Source: an uncultured Spirochaetota bacterium (GTDB lineage: Bacteria > Spirochaetota > Spirochaetia > SZUA-6 > Fen-1364). Taken from it: DNA of 64,000 nucleotides. The first letter of the stretch is position 1. Each line of letters starts with the position of its first letter. The notes under the pieces were generated by a model. That model was not told where the DNA came from. It saw only the letters and a list, made by a program, of their open reading frames with translations, and did not search any database. Of the stretch, positions 48,384 to 58,552 are shown in pieces. Position numbers and translations under genes: made by a program. Location of the stretch: assembly GCA_963820525.1 (NCBI GenBank), contig CAWGAA010000001.1:2368001-2432000 (forward strand), read 5' to 3'.

Positions 48384-48543
48384 GTTCTCCTCCTTAAGGA
48401 GTGTTTTTATCATCGCCCTTTGATACTCACCGGCAAAGGAGCAGAACGTGGCAGGATGAACCTTGCACAGCTGTCTGGTCGGACGTTCCTTCGTGGTATG
48501 TTACGAAAGGTTCGAATGATGGGACTTCCACCTTTGGAAGTCC
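48384..48543 (-). promoter_or_regulatory. ~160-nt structured 5' leader of the RRM gene
   Basis: 5' hairpin GGACTTCCA-AAGG-TGGAAGTCC and an anti-SD segment complementary to the SD and AUG. Confidence 0.6.
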
Positions 48544-48549
48544 TACGAA

Positions 48550-48578
48550 AGACTACACGTCTATTGGAAAATAGTCAA
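48550..48578 (-). promoter_or_regulatory. Sigma70 promoter of the RRM gene
   Basis: TTGACT-17 bp-TAGTCT. Confidence 0.65.
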
Positions 48579-48592
48579 CAGCATAACAGAAG

Positions 48593-49129
48593 TCATTCGA
48601 ACACTCTGTCGAACTCTTTTTCGAGGTCGTACGAGTTTCCCCTGTCCAGCGTGATCCGAATGATTTGTTTTGGCTGGGGCTTCAGGGACAGGCGCCAGCA
48701 GATCACCCCGCCCTCATAGTCCACAGCCTTGCTCGCCAGCCAGAACTCTTCCCGGGTGAGAAGAGACGGTATGACGCAGGCGAGCGCCTGATTGTCGATG
48801 CGGAGCCTTCCGCTCCGCCTGTCAAGATATCCCACCGGCTTGTCGGCCGGCCTGAAGAGAATGGAGAGGCGGTCGCCCGGTATCTCCCTGAACACCCGGT
48901 TCCATGCCGTCTTGATGATCGCGTACTTCGAGATGTCCCTGTCCATGATGCTGAACAGGCCGTGCTTCGCCTCGATCTTTCTGTGCTCGCCAAGGTACCT
49001 CGTGTATGCATCCGCCGGATCCGAATCGAAGATCGCCACCTGGATCACGGGAGGGTAGAGGTCCGGCATGACGAGCTCCGGCTGCACGGCCCACCCCTGC
49101 TTCCGCGGACCCTGGCCCGGATCGCTCAT
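48593..49129 (-). CDS. Hypothetical protein
   Basis: Protein-like composition from MSDPGQ or MPDLY; start uncertain; no family recognised. Confidence 0.6.
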   Translation of the reverse strand: MSDPGQGPRKQGWAVQPELVMPDLYPPVIQVAIFDSDPADAYTRYLGEHRKIEAKHGLFSIMDRDISKYAIIKTAWNRVFREIPGDRLSILFRPADKPVGYLDRRSGRLRIDNQALACVIPSLLTREEFWLASKAVDYEGGVICWRLSLKPQPKQIIRITLDRGNSYDLEKEFDRVFE

Positions 49130-49394
49130 TGCAGCCGCGCTCTCACCACGATCGAGCCGTCGCTTTTCATGTCCCGCCCGCCTCCCCGCCAGTATACTCC
49201 GCAGATAGACAGGCAAGGTAGTGGTGCCCCGCACGCTGCATCCACGCACGCCGCTTGGTCCGCCGCACTCGCGCGCCCATTCCGCGCTGCGATCGCCTCG
49301 TCCCGGAAGGGTTTCCGCTTGACCATCCCCGCACGATCTTGTAAGGATTGAGGGCTGCATCCGCTCAAGAGAGCACTTTCAAAAGGCGGGGAGA

Positions 49395-50720
49395 ATGGAC
49401 GAACACCGAGTCAACGTGGGAATGGTTGGATTTGGCACTGTCGGCACCGGCGTGGCCAAATTGATATTGGAAAAGGGGGACCTGATTGCCGCCAAGACGG
49501 GAATCCGGCTCCATCTCTCCTGTATCGTGGACACGGACATCACGCGGCCCCGCCCTGTTTCCATCCCCCACGGCGTCCTCACCAGGGATTTGAACGCGCT
49601 CGTCAAGAATCCCGACATCCAGATCGGCGTCGAGCTTGTCGGCGGAACGGGCGCGGCACGGGACGTGCAGAGAAAGCTCCTTGAATCCGGAAAGGATGTC
49701 GTTACCGCCAACAAGGCCCTGCTGGCGACGCACGGGAGCGAGCTCTACGACCTTGCCCGCGCGAAAGGCCGGTGCATCGCCTTCGAGGCGAGCTGCGGCG
49801 GCGGGATCCCCATCATCTCGTCGATCCGCGCGGGGCTGGCCGCCAATGAGATCCAGGCGATCTTCGGGATCGTCAACGGAACCAGCAATTTCATCCTCTC
49901 CAGCATGACGGCGAAAGGCCTCTCCTTCCCCGAGGCGCTCGCCCTGGCCCAGAAGAAGGGATACGCCGAGGCGGATCCCAGCCTCGACATCGGCGGCGGC
50001 GACTCCGCCCACAAGCTGGCCATCCTCGCCTCCATAGCGTTCGGCGACGAGATCCTGCTCGAGGACATCGCGGTGGAGGGTATCCAGGGAATCTCGCATG
50101 ACGACATCCGCTATGGCGCCGAGATGGGCTATTCACTGAAGCTCCTGGCGATCGGCCAGAAAAGCGGGGCGGGCAAGATCTCTCTGCGGGTCCACCCCTC
50201 GTTCATCGACAAGGAAAGCGAGCTGGCGCGGGTCGACGGCCCGTTCAATGCCATCAGCGTCTTCGGTCACGCCGTCGGTCAGGTGATGTTCTACGGCCGC
50301 GGGGCGGGCATGATGCCGACGGCGAGCGCCGTTGTGGCGGACATCATCGACGTCGCCCTGGGCAACTCCGCCCAGGTCTTCAAGCACATGCTGATCCGGC
50401 CCCGTGCCGAGGCTGCCGGCCGCATCGAAAAGATCGACGACCTGGTGAGCAGATTCTACATCCGTGTCATGGCCAAGGACGAGCCGGGAGTCTTCGCCGC
50501 CCTGAGCAGGATCCTGGCAGACCATCGCATCAGCATCTCCGGCGCCCTGCAGCACGAGGGCACCGGTCCGGACAACTCCGTTCCGGTCGTGATCGTCACG
50601 CATGCCACGGGAGAGCGGAACATGGCGGCCGCGCTGAAGGAGCTCTCGACGCTCAGCGTGGTCAGCGGCAAGCCCGTCCATATCAGGATCGTCGACATCC
50701 CCGAGGACAGGGACGGGTAG
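49395..50720 (+). CDS. hom: Homoserine dehydrogenase with ACT domain
   Basis: GFGTVG.GV, VVTANKAL, FEAS.GGGIP, GI.NGT.NFIL, GYAEADP and GRGAG..PTASAV motifs. Confidence 0.95.
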   Translation: MDEHRVNVGMVGFGTVGTGVAKLILEKGDLIAAKTGIRLHLSCIVDTDITRPRPVSIPHGVLTRDLNALVKNPDIQIGVELVGGTGAARDVQRKLLESGKDVVTANKALLATHGSELYDLARAKGRCIAFEASCGGGIPIISSIRAGLAANEIQAIFGIVNGTSNFILSSMTAKGLSFPEALALAQKKGYAEADPSLDIGGGDSAHKLAILASIAFGDEILLEDIAVEGIQGISHDDIRYGAEMGYSLKLLAIGQKSGAGKISLRVHPSFIDKESELARVDGPFNAISVFGHAVGQVMFYGRGAGMMPTASAVVADIIDVALGNSAQVFKHMLIRPRAEAAGRIEKIDDLVSRFYIRVMAKDEPGVFAALSRILADHRISISGALQHEGTGPDNSVPVVIVTHATGERNMAAALKELSTLSVVSGKPVHIRIVDIPEDRDG

Positions 50721-50734
50721 GCAGGAATCGCACG

Positions 50735-51922
50735 ATGCCCAAGTACGTGATCATCGTGCCGGATGGCGCCGCCGATGAGCCGATGGGCGAACTCGGCGGA
50801 CGGACGGCATTCGAAGCCGCCGAGATCCCCCAGATGGACCGCATCGCCGCAGATGGCCGGCTGGGGATGGTGCGGACGGTGCCGCGGGGGATGGAGCCGG
50901 GCAGCGACGTGGCCCAGATGAGCCTCCTGGGCTACGATCCGGCGCTGTTTTACACCGGCCGGGCGCCGATCGAGGCCGCTGCCAAGGATATCCGCCTGGG
51001 ACCTCGGGACTGGGTGTTCCGCTGCAACCTCGTCACGATCGCGGACGGAAAGATGGCGGACCACAGCGCCGGTCATATCTCCACCGAGGAGGCAGCGAGG
51101 CTGATTTCTGATCTGGCCCGGCAGGTCGGCACGGAGAGCCTGGAGTTTCATACCGGAGTCAGCTATCGGCACCTTATGGTGTGCAGGGGAATGGATTTCG
51201 ACGTGCGCACCTGTCCTCCCCACGACCATCTGGGCAAGGCCGTCGAAGAGCTCATGCCGCAGGGCACGGGAACCGATTTCATGCGGGGCCTGATGTCCCG
51301 ATCCGTCTCGCTTTTCCAGAACCACGAAGTCAACAAGGCCCGCCGGTGTCTGGGAAAGAATCCGGCCAGCTCCATCTGGCTGTGGGGCCAGGGCAGGCAG
51401 GCCGTGCTGGAAGGGTTCCAGCGGCGCTTCGGGTTTTCAGGCGCCGCAATTACCGCGGTGGACCTTGCGCGGGGGCTTGCCAAGCTGATCGGCTTCGACG
51501 TCATCGAGGTCCCCGGGGCCACGGGTTTCTTCGATACAAACTACGCGGGCAAGGCCGCTGCCGCGATCCAGGCCCTGCGAGATCACGACCTTGTTTTCAT
51601 CCACATCGAGGCCCCTGACGAAGCGTCCCACGCGGGAAACGCCGAGATCAAGGTGAAGTCCCTGGAGCGGATAGACCGGATCGTCGTCGGCCCCGTGCTC
51701 GATGCGCTCAAAGGCTACGAGCATTGGCGGATCCTGGTAATGCCGGATCATCCCACCTCCGTGCGAACGCGCGGCCACTCGGACCAGCCAGTTCCATTCG
51801 CCATGGCCGGGTCCGGCATTGCGGCTCGGGAGAAGAAGCCGTTCACGGAGTCCAATGCGGCCGCCTCCGGCCTTTGCATCGATAAGGGCCACGAGCTCAT
51901 GGAGTACTTCTTCAAGAGCTGA
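50735..51922 (+). CDS. apgM: Cofactor-independent phosphoglycerate mutase, ApgM type
   Basis: DGAAD, PGSDVA, YTGRAPIEA, FRCNLVT, PPHD, H.EAPDEA.H and DH.T motifs. Confidence 0.88.
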   Translation: MPKYVIIVPDGAADEPMGELGGRTAFEAAEIPQMDRIAADGRLGMVRTVPRGMEPGSDVAQMSLLGYDPALFYTGRAPIEAAAKDIRLGPRDWVFRCNLVTIADGKMADHSAGHISTEEAARLISDLARQVGTESLEFHTGVSYRHLMVCRGMDFDVRTCPPHDHLGKAVEELMPQGTGTDFMRGLMSRSVSLFQNHEVNKARRCLGKNPASSIWLWGQGRQAVLEGFQRRFGFSGAAITAVDLARGLAKLIGFDVIEVPGATGFFDTNYAGKAAAAIQALRDHDLVFIHIEAPDEASHAGNAEIKVKSLERIDRIVVGPVLDALKGYEHWRILVMPDHPTSVRTRGHSDQPVPFAMAGSGIAAREKKPFTESNAAASGLCIDKGHELMEYFFKS

Positions 51923-51959
51923 AGAGCCGCCCCCGCGGCCTCGGCGGTATATTCATTCC

Positions 51960-52424
51960 GTGACGGTCGTCATTGTCGTCCTCTGCTCTCTGTTGGCTGT
52001 CACGCCGCTCTTCTCCCAGGCCAAAGGATGCCCGGATCCCCTGGCTGTCGTAGAGAAGTTTTACGCTTCCAACGACGCGGCGCGCTACGGGGCGAGCGCA
52101 GCGCTCCTGACTCCCGATGCCACGCTGGCTTCATGGTCCGAGGGCGTGAACGGGCATCACATGCTGGAAAGGCGCATCAGCGGCACGGAAAGGATCCGGC
52201 CCTTTCTTGGAACGCCCGGTTTCCGCCATGTCTCGGGCAGGCCCGACGGCATGATCTACCGGGAGACGAAAACCGTGGTCTCCCGGAACGCGGTGATTTT
52301 CATGCTGGTTCCCGATCGACAGCGGCCCAACGGCAGGCCCTACAACCCGTATCGCGTGGAGATCGTTCTGCGGGGATGCGCCATCGCCTCCCTCACCGTC
52401 GTTGAATTGATTACGTGGCTCTGA
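51960..52424 (+). CDS. Hypothetical exported protein, possibly NTF2/SnoaL-like
   Basis: GTG start with signal peptide; P.AVVE.FY...A..LL.PDA pattern. Confidence 0.55.
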   Translation: MTVVIVVLCSLLAVTPLFSQAKGCPDPLAVVEKFYASNDAARYGASAALLTPDATLASWSEGVNGHHMLERRISGTERIRPFLGTPGFRHVSGRPDGMIYRETKTVVSRNAVIFMLVPDRQRPNGRPYNPYRVEIVLRGCAIASLTVVELITWL

Positions 52425-52473
52425 TGCCCGGCGAACCCGGCCAGAGGGTTGCCTGCCTCTCATCCTCGGGCAT

Positions 52474-54897
52474 TCACCCTTCCAGCACCTTTCGCACGGT
52501 CCTCGCCAGCATCTTCGGGGTAAAGGGCTTCTGGAGATACGCCGTGCCCTCCGCGGAAGCCATTCCGCCGGGAGCGCCCTGCTCCGAGTAGCCGGAAATG
52601 AAGAGCACCTTGACCCGCGGGAACATGCTGGTGAGGCGGTCTGCCAGATCGCGGCCTCCCATCATGGGCAGAACGACATCCGTGATCAGAAGGTCCACGG
52701 GGGTTTGGCTGGAGGGAATGAGGCTGAGCGCCTCTTCTGCGGATCCGCACGGTACAACCGAATAGCCGAGGTGAGTCAGAATCCGGTTGGCAAGCTTGCG
52801 GACGATCTCGTTGTCCTCGACAAGGGCAATCCTCTCCGTTCCCCGCGGTATCGTATCGAGGTCCGGCTTCTCCAGGGCGGAGGGAGTCTCCTGGTCGAGC
52901 CGGGGCAAAAGGACCCGAACGGTCGTGCCCTTTCCGGGATCGCTTTCAACGGAGATGTGACCGCCGCTCTGCTTGACGATGCCGTACACGGTGGCGAGTC
53001 CCAGCCCGGTGCCCTTCCCTTCCTCCTTTGTCGTATAGAAGGGCTCGAAAAGGTGCCCCTGAACCTCCTCGCTCATGCCCATGCCGGTATCGCGGACCGC
53101 CAGCATCACGAAGGAGCCGGGCTGGGCGCCCGGCTGGCCGCGGGCATACCCTTCGTTGACGTCCACGTTTTCCGTGGAAATGACGAGGTCCCCGCCGCCG
53201 GGCATGGCATCGCGGGCATTGACCACCAGGTTCATGATGACCTGCTGGATCTGCCCGGGGTCCGCCGTGACCAGACAGGCGCGCGGATCCAGGAGCACTT
53301 TCAGCGAGATATCCTCCCCGATGAGGTGGCGGAGCATCTTCTCGATGTCGGTGACGATCGCATTCACGTCGAGAAGCTGAGCCTGGAGAACCTGCTTCCT
53401 GCTGAACGCGAGAAGCTGTCGGGTCAGCCCGGCGGCCCTGTCGGCCGCTTTCTTGATCTCGTCAATCTCGGCCCGTGACGGGCTTTCCGGCGGGATATCG
53501 CTCGCGAGCAGCTCCGAGTACCCCATGATCGCCGTGAGCAGGTTGTTGAAATCGTGGGCAACGCCGCCCGCCAGGCGGCCGATCGCTTCCATCTTCTGAG
53601 CCTGGAGGTACCGGCTCTCCAGCTGAAGCTCATTGGTGATATCGCGCTGCACGTCCACGAAGTTCACGACCGTTCCGCCCCCGTCCCTGACCGGCGTGAT
53701 GGAGGCGTCCACCGTATAGGGGGCGCCGTCCTTGCGCCTGTTCTCGAAGCGGCCGCGCCATTCCCGGCCGCCGATGAGGGTCTCCCACATTTCCCGATAG
53801 AACTGGGAATCCTGCCTGCCGCTGGAAAGGAAGGATGCGTCCTTGCCGATCACCTCGGCGCGCCCGTATCCCGTCATCCTCTCGAATCCGGGATTCACGT
53901 ACTGGATGAGGCCCTCGGTGTCCGTGATGATGATGCTGTCGGCGGACTGCTCGATGGTGGTGCTCAGGCGGCGGCGGTCCCGCTCCAGTCGCGTGCGGGT
54001 CACGGCGCTGGACAGGTGACCGGCCACGCTGCCGACCAGCTCCGCCTTGTCCTCCGTGAAATGACTCGCCTCCGAGATCGCCAGCACCAGCCCGCCCACC
54101 GTCTCTCCCGCCACGCTCAACGGGATGAGCGCGAGAGAGGAGATCGGGCGGGCGGAGAGCACCTGGTGAAGGCTCGGCAGGCGCGGGTCCCGCGTGAGCC
54201 GATCCACGATCAGGGGCGCCTTGAGGCCGGAAAGGATCGCGATCATAGAGCTCTCGGAAAGGGGATACGGCTCTTCGAGGAGGGAAAGCGCATCGTCCTC
54301 GGCTCGGTATTCCGCCATGGCGCGAAGCTCGGTGCGCTGCTCGTTGAACAGGAAGGCCGCGGTCTGAAAGGCGTTCAATGCGAGGGTGAGCTCGCGGCAG
54401 GCGATCTGCAGGAACGCCCGTTCATCCGTGCTGTCCGCCGAAGCGGCGATGATCCTGTTGAGGAGGGTGAGCTCGGTATTGCGGAAACGGATCTGCTCTT
54501 CGGCGCGGAGCTTTTCGTCCTGGAGCTTCCTCGCCTCCAGCGCCTGGTGGATGGCGGGCCCCAGCCTTGCCAGCCGGTCCTTCAGCAGGTAGTCCGTGGC
54601 GCCTTCCTTCATGCACGAGACGGCCGCCTCTTCGCTGATGCTGCCGGTCACCACGATGAACGGCACGCTCAAGCCCTTCTCTTTCAGGAGCCTGAGGGCG
54701 TGAAGCGCATCGAACTGGGGAAGGGCGAAATCGGCCAGAATCACATCGAGGCAGGGATCGAGGGCGGAAACGAAGTCCCTCTCATTGTCGACGTGCCGGT
54801 ATTCCAGGTCGAAGCCTGCCTTGCCCAGCTCGTAGACGATCAGCTCGAGGTCGGTGGCCGTGTCTTCCAGGATCAGCGCGCGCAGGGGCTCCGGCAT
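52474..54897 (-). CDS. Hybrid sensor kinase (REC-GAF-PAS-HisKA-HATPase-REC)
   Basis: QAQKMEAIGRLAGGVAHDFNNLL, NLVVNARDAM, FEPFYTTK..GKGTGLGL; REC domains at both ends. Confidence 0.92.
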   Translation of the reverse strand: MPEPLRALILEDTATDLELIVYELGKAGFDLEYRHVDNERDFVSALDPCLDVILADFALPQFDALHALRLLKEKGLSVPFIVVTGSISEEAAVSCMKEGATDYLLKDRLARLGPAIHQALEARKLQDEKLRAEEQIRFRNTELTLLNRIIAASADSTDERAFLQIACRELTLALNAFQTAAFLFNEQRTELRAMAEYRAEDDALSLLEEPYPLSESSMIAILSGLKAPLIVDRLTRDPRLPSLHQVLSARPISSLALIPLSVAGETVGGLVLAISEASHFTEDKAELVGSVAGHLSSAVTRTRLERDRRRLSTTIEQSADSIIITDTEGLIQYVNPGFERMTGYGRAEVIGKDASFLSSGRQDSQFYREMWETLIGGREWRGRFENRRKDGAPYTVDASITPVRDGGGTVVNFVDVQRDITNELQLESRYLQAQKMEAIGRLAGGVAHDFNNLLTAIMGYSELLASDIPPESPSRAEIDEIKKAADRAAGLTRQLLAFSRKQVLQAQLLDVNAIVTDIEKMLRHLIGEDISLKVLLDPRACLVTADPGQIQQVIMNLVVNARDAMPGGGDLVISTENVDVNEGYARGQPGAQPGSFVMLAVRDTGMGMSEEVQGHLFEPFYTTKEEGKGTGLGLATVYGIVKQSGGHISVESDPGKGTTVRVLLPRLDQETPSALEKPDLDTIPRGTERIALVEDNEIVRKLANRILTHLGYSVVPCGSAEEALSLIPSSQTPVDLLITDVVLPMMGGRDLADRLTSMFPRVKVLFISGYSEQGAPGGMASAEGTAYLQKPFTPKMLARTVRKVLEG

Positions 54898-54918
54898 TGT
54901 CGGCCTCCGGACCGGCGG

Positions 54919-55398
54919 CTACCCGTCATGCCCGACGGATGCACCGTCCTGGAAATCCGCGCTCGCCCGCTGGTTCAGCTGCAGCCAGTAGATCCCGATT
55001 CTCTGGACCGTGTGAGCGAACGCGTCGAAGTCCACGGGCTTCACGACGTAGCTGTTCGCCCCCAGCCGGTAGCTTTCCTCGATGTCGGGCTCCTCCTTCG
55101 ACGAGGTCAACACCACCACGGGGATCGACTTCGTTCGCGGATCGGACTTTATCCTGCGCAGAACCTCGATCCCGTCCACCCGAGGCAGCTTCAAATCGAG
55201 CAGCACCATCTTCAGGGCGCCTGGTCCGCCGCGCGTGGAGAAGCGCCCCGTGCTGAAGATATAGTCCATCGCTTCCACCCCGTCTCCAACCACCTCGATG
55301 CGGGTGGCGAGCTTGTGCTTCTTCAGGGCGTACAGGGTCAACTCGACGTCGCGGGGATTGTCTTCCACCAGCAGAATCTCTCCGGCATCTGCGGTCAT
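54919..55398 (-). CDS. Single-domain response regulator (Rcp1-like)
   Basis: ILLVEDN..D, LLDLKLP..DG, IPVVVLTSS, LGANSY..KPVDF and YW motifs. Confidence 0.92.
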   Translation of the reverse strand: MTADAGEILLVEDNPRDVELTLYALKKHKLATRIEVVGDGVEAMDYIFSTGRFSTRGGPGALKMVLLDLKLPRVDGIEVLRRIKSDPRTKSIPVVVLTSSKEEPDIEESYRLGANSYVVKPVDFDAFAHTVQRIGIYWLQLNQRASADFQDGASVGHDG

Positions 55399-55568
55399 GA
55401 GAGCCTCCAGGCGGGGGAAACGGGCATGGAGAAATTATAGTGGGACTCAATCGATCCCGCAAGGAGAATCCTCTGCGGGAGGGAATGAACGGGAGGCGGC
55501 CAAATTGAGCCCGGGGGGCGGACGCGCTATACTCACTCGAGGCTGCCGCGGAGCTCGAGGGGGATGCC

Positions 55569-58538
55569 ATGAATGCCGGAAGACCGAAATCGCGTCCGAG
55601 GATCGGATTCCTGACCTACGGGATCTGGGACCCGTTCGGGATGAGCATGTGGCACGGCGTCCTTGACGGCGCGGCCGAAGAAGACGCCGATCTCGTCTGC
55701 TTTGTCGGAGGAGACCTCCAGGCGGACCCGCGCGTCCAGGACGCTCAGGCCAACATCATCTACGAGCTTGCCGGCCCGAAGACAGTGGACGGCCTGGTCA
55801 TGTGCGGAAGCGCGATGAGCAGCTACATCGGTGCGGATGCGTTCTCCCGTTTCTGCGGCCGATTCCGGCCGCTTCCCATGGTGAACATCTCCACTGCTGT
55901 CGAAGGAATCCCCTGCCTGTTCGTGGACAATTATCAAGGAATCCGTGATGTCATGACCCACCTCTTCGACGTGCACGCCTGCCGGCGGGTGGCATTCATT
56001 CCCGGCCCACCGGGAAACCCCGAAGCCCAGGACCGCTACCGGGCGTATGTCGACGCGCTTCAGCAGCGCGACATCCCCTTCGAGGCAGGCCTGGTAAGCC
56101 CGCCGGGAGACTGGAAGCCAGGATCGGCGTACCAGGCCGTCCGCGTCCTGCTGGACCAGCGCAACGCCCGTCCCGACGCCATTGTGGCGGCCAACGACGG
56201 CATGGCTATCGGCGCCCTGCAGGCATTGCGCGCCCGGCGCATCGGCGTGCCGGATGACATCATCGTCACGGGATTCAACGATTCCGAGGAGGTCAGCTTC
56301 ATGGACCCTCCCCTGACCACGGTACGCGCCCCCGTGTATGAACAGTTCGCGAAGGCCACGAAGATGGCCCTGGCGCAGGTTCGGGGCAAGAAGGTCCCGT
56401 GGCGGCTCGTGCTCCCCGCAGCGCTCGTTGTCCGGCAGTCCTGCGGCTGCATGGACCCGAAGGTGCTCCAGGCGGCCATGGGGCAGGCGGCGGACTTCGA
56501 AAGCGCCGGCATCCCTCTCCCCCATTCCGAGCACGAGCGGATCTCGCGGGAGCTGGCGGTGGCCACCGAGGGACGGCTCCCGGCCCATCCCGCGCGGTGG
56601 GCCTCGAGCCTGCTTGATGCTCTGATCGCCGAGGTGGAGCGGGGCCGATCCGGCGAGTTCCTGCATACGCTGAACAGGGAGATGAGTCTGGCCGTGGCGG
56701 CGGGAAGCGATCCCAGCGATTGGCACGCGGTCCTCTCCGCGCTTCGCCGAAACATGGCGGGCCGATTCGGCGGGATCAAGAGCTCGCGGGCCGAGGATCT
56801 CTGGCAGCAGGCGCGCGTGACGATCGGGGAAGCGGGGCGCGTGGTTGAAAAGCGCCAGGCATGGAACAAGACGCAGCAGGCGCAGATGATGGCGGAGATC
56901 GAGGGGGCCATTCTCGCCACTTTCGACCAGGCCGAGATGATGGACCTGCTGGCTTTGAAGCTGCCGAGGCTCGGCATCCCGGGCTGCTACATTTCGCTCT
57001 ATGAAAGTCCCTCGGCTCCCCGGGAATCCGCGCGGCTGATCCTCGGCTATAGCGAGGGGGGCCGCGTGCCGCTGGACTCCGATGGGATGCGGTTTCCCGC
57101 CGTCGACCTCATTCCCGAGGAGCTTCGCGCCGGAGAGAGGCGATCCTCCTTTCTCGTGGAGCCGCTGTACTTCCAGGAGAGCCAGCTCGGCTTCGTCGTG
57201 TTCGAGGTCGGACCGCGAGACGGGACCGTCTACGAGATCCTCCGGCGGGAGCTCTCCAGCGCCCTGCAGGGGGCGCTCCTCGGGCGCCGGCTGCGGGAAC
57301 ATGCGGCGCGCCTGGCGCGCCAGCAGTACATCCTCGACACCTTCATGGAAAACGTTCCCGATTTCATCTACTTCAAGGATCGCGAGGGGAAGTTCCTGCG
57401 GACCAACAACGCCCTTGCGGCCCAATTCGGCCTGAGCGATCCCGAGACGCAGATCGGAAAGAGCGATTTCGACTTCTTTCCTCCCGAGGAAGCGCGGAAG
57501 AAAAGCGAATTGGAGCACGCGATCCTCGAAAGCGGCAGGCCGGTGAGCATCGAGGAGCAGAGCACGCGAAAAGGCGGCACAAAGGTCTGGATGCTTACCA
57601 CCAAGATGCCGCTTTGCGACGAAAACGGCGACATCATCGGCACGTTCGGAATATCGCGCGACATCACGGAGATGAAGCTGGCGCAGGCGGCGCTGGAAAG
57701 CGCATACACCGAGGTTGAGAAGCTGGTGGAGAAGCGCACCGCCGAGCTCAAACGGGAGATCTCCGAGCGAAGGCGCGCCGAGCAGGAGGTCCAGCAGCTC
57801 AACGCCGCGCTGGAGCGGAGGGTGGCCGAGCGCACGGCGCAGCTGGAAGCGGCCAACAGGGAGCTGGAGGCATTCGCCTACTCCGTCTCCCATGATCTTC
57901 GCGCCCCCTTGCGGGCTATCGACGGCTATACCCGAATCCTCATCGAGGAATATGGAGCGGCGCTGGACAGCGAAGGAATGCGGGTGTGCAACGTCGTGAG
58001 CGCCGAAACCCGCCGCATGGGGAAGCTCATCGACGAGCTTCTCGCCTTCTCCCGCCTCCAGAGGGCCGATATCAAACCTTCTCCCATCGACATGGAGGAG
58101 CTGGTGAAATCCGAGTTAGATCGCGTGACGACACCGGAGGATCGGCGGCGTACCGAGCTGCGCCTGTCGCCGCTGGAGCCGGCCGTGGGAGACCCGACCC
58201 TGATCCGTCAGGTCTGGACAAACCTTCTTTCCAACGCCGTCAAGTTTTCATCCAAGAGAGAACGGGCCCTCATCGAAGTGGGCTCGAGGAAGGAGAGCGG
58301 GGAAATTCTGTACTGGGTGCGTGACAACGGAGCCGGTTTCGACATGCGCTACACGGCAAAGCTGTTCGGCGTGTTCCAGCGCCTGCACAGCGAGCGGGAT
58401 TTCGAGGGAAGCGGCGTAGGCCTGGCCATCGTGCAGCGCATTCTCCATCGTCATGGGGGCCGCGTCTGGGCGGAAAGCGAGGTGGACAACGGCGCCACAT
58501 TCTTCTTTACCCTTCCGCAGTCTCACGGAAGCGGCTGA
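55569..58538 (+). CDS. Soluble histidine kinase with an N-terminal LacI-type sugar-binding domain and PAS
   Basis: LacI effector-domain motifs (VDN..G, AANDGMA.G, VPDDI.V.GF.D, PPLTTV, VVR.SCGC) without HTH; PAS; FAYSVSHDLRAPLR H-box. Confidence 0.88.
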   Translation: MNAGRPKSRPRIGFLTYGIWDPFGMSMWHGVLDGAAEEDADLVCFVGGDLQADPRVQDAQANIIYELAGPKTVDGLVMCGSAMSSYIGADAFSRFCGRFRPLPMVNISTAVEGIPCLFVDNYQGIRDVMTHLFDVHACRRVAFIPGPPGNPEAQDRYRAYVDALQQRDIPFEAGLVSPPGDWKPGSAYQAVRVLLDQRNARPDAIVAANDGMAIGALQALRARRIGVPDDIIVTGFNDSEEVSFMDPPLTTVRAPVYEQFAKATKMALAQVRGKKVPWRLVLPAALVVRQSCGCMDPKVLQAAMGQAADFESAGIPLPHSEHERISRELAVATEGRLPAHPARWASSLLDALIAEVERGRSGEFLHTLNREMSLAVAAGSDPSDWHAVLSALRRNMAGRFGGIKSSRAEDLWQQARVTIGEAGRVVEKRQAWNKTQQAQMMAEIEGAILATFDQAEMMDLLALKLPRLGIPGCYISLYESPSAPRESARLILGYSEGGRVPLDSDGMRFPAVDLIPEELRAGERRSSFLVEPLYFQESQLGFVVFEVGPRDGTVYEILRRELSSALQGALLGRRLREHAARLARQQYILDTFMENVPDFIYFKDREGKFLRTNNALAAQFGLSDPETQIGKSDFDFFPPEEARKKSELEHAILESGRPVSIEEQSTRKGGTKVWMLTTKMPLCDENGDIIGTFGISRDITEMKLAQAALESAYTEVEKLVEKRTAELKREISERRRAEQEVQQLNAALERRVAERTAQLEAANRELEAFAYSVSHDLRAPLRAIDGYTRILIEEYGAALDSEGMRVCNVVSAETRRMGKLIDELLAFSRLQRADIKPSPIDMEELVKSELDRVTTPEDRRRTELRLSPLEPAVGDPTLIRQVWTNLLSNAVKFSSKRERALIEVGSRKESGEILYWVRDNGAGFDMRYTAKLFGVFQRLHSERDFEGSGVGLAIVQRILHRHGGRVWAESEVDNGATFFFTLPQSHGSG

Positions 58539-58552
58539 AAAGGGGTCAGTCG

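Noticed and set aside
55533..57893. Long antisense ORF (786 aa) and similar shadow ORFs such as 2344-3891, 3416-5089 and 53554-55440
   Set aside because: These are antisense shadows of well-supported genes, expected in high-GC DNA, and contain no motifs.
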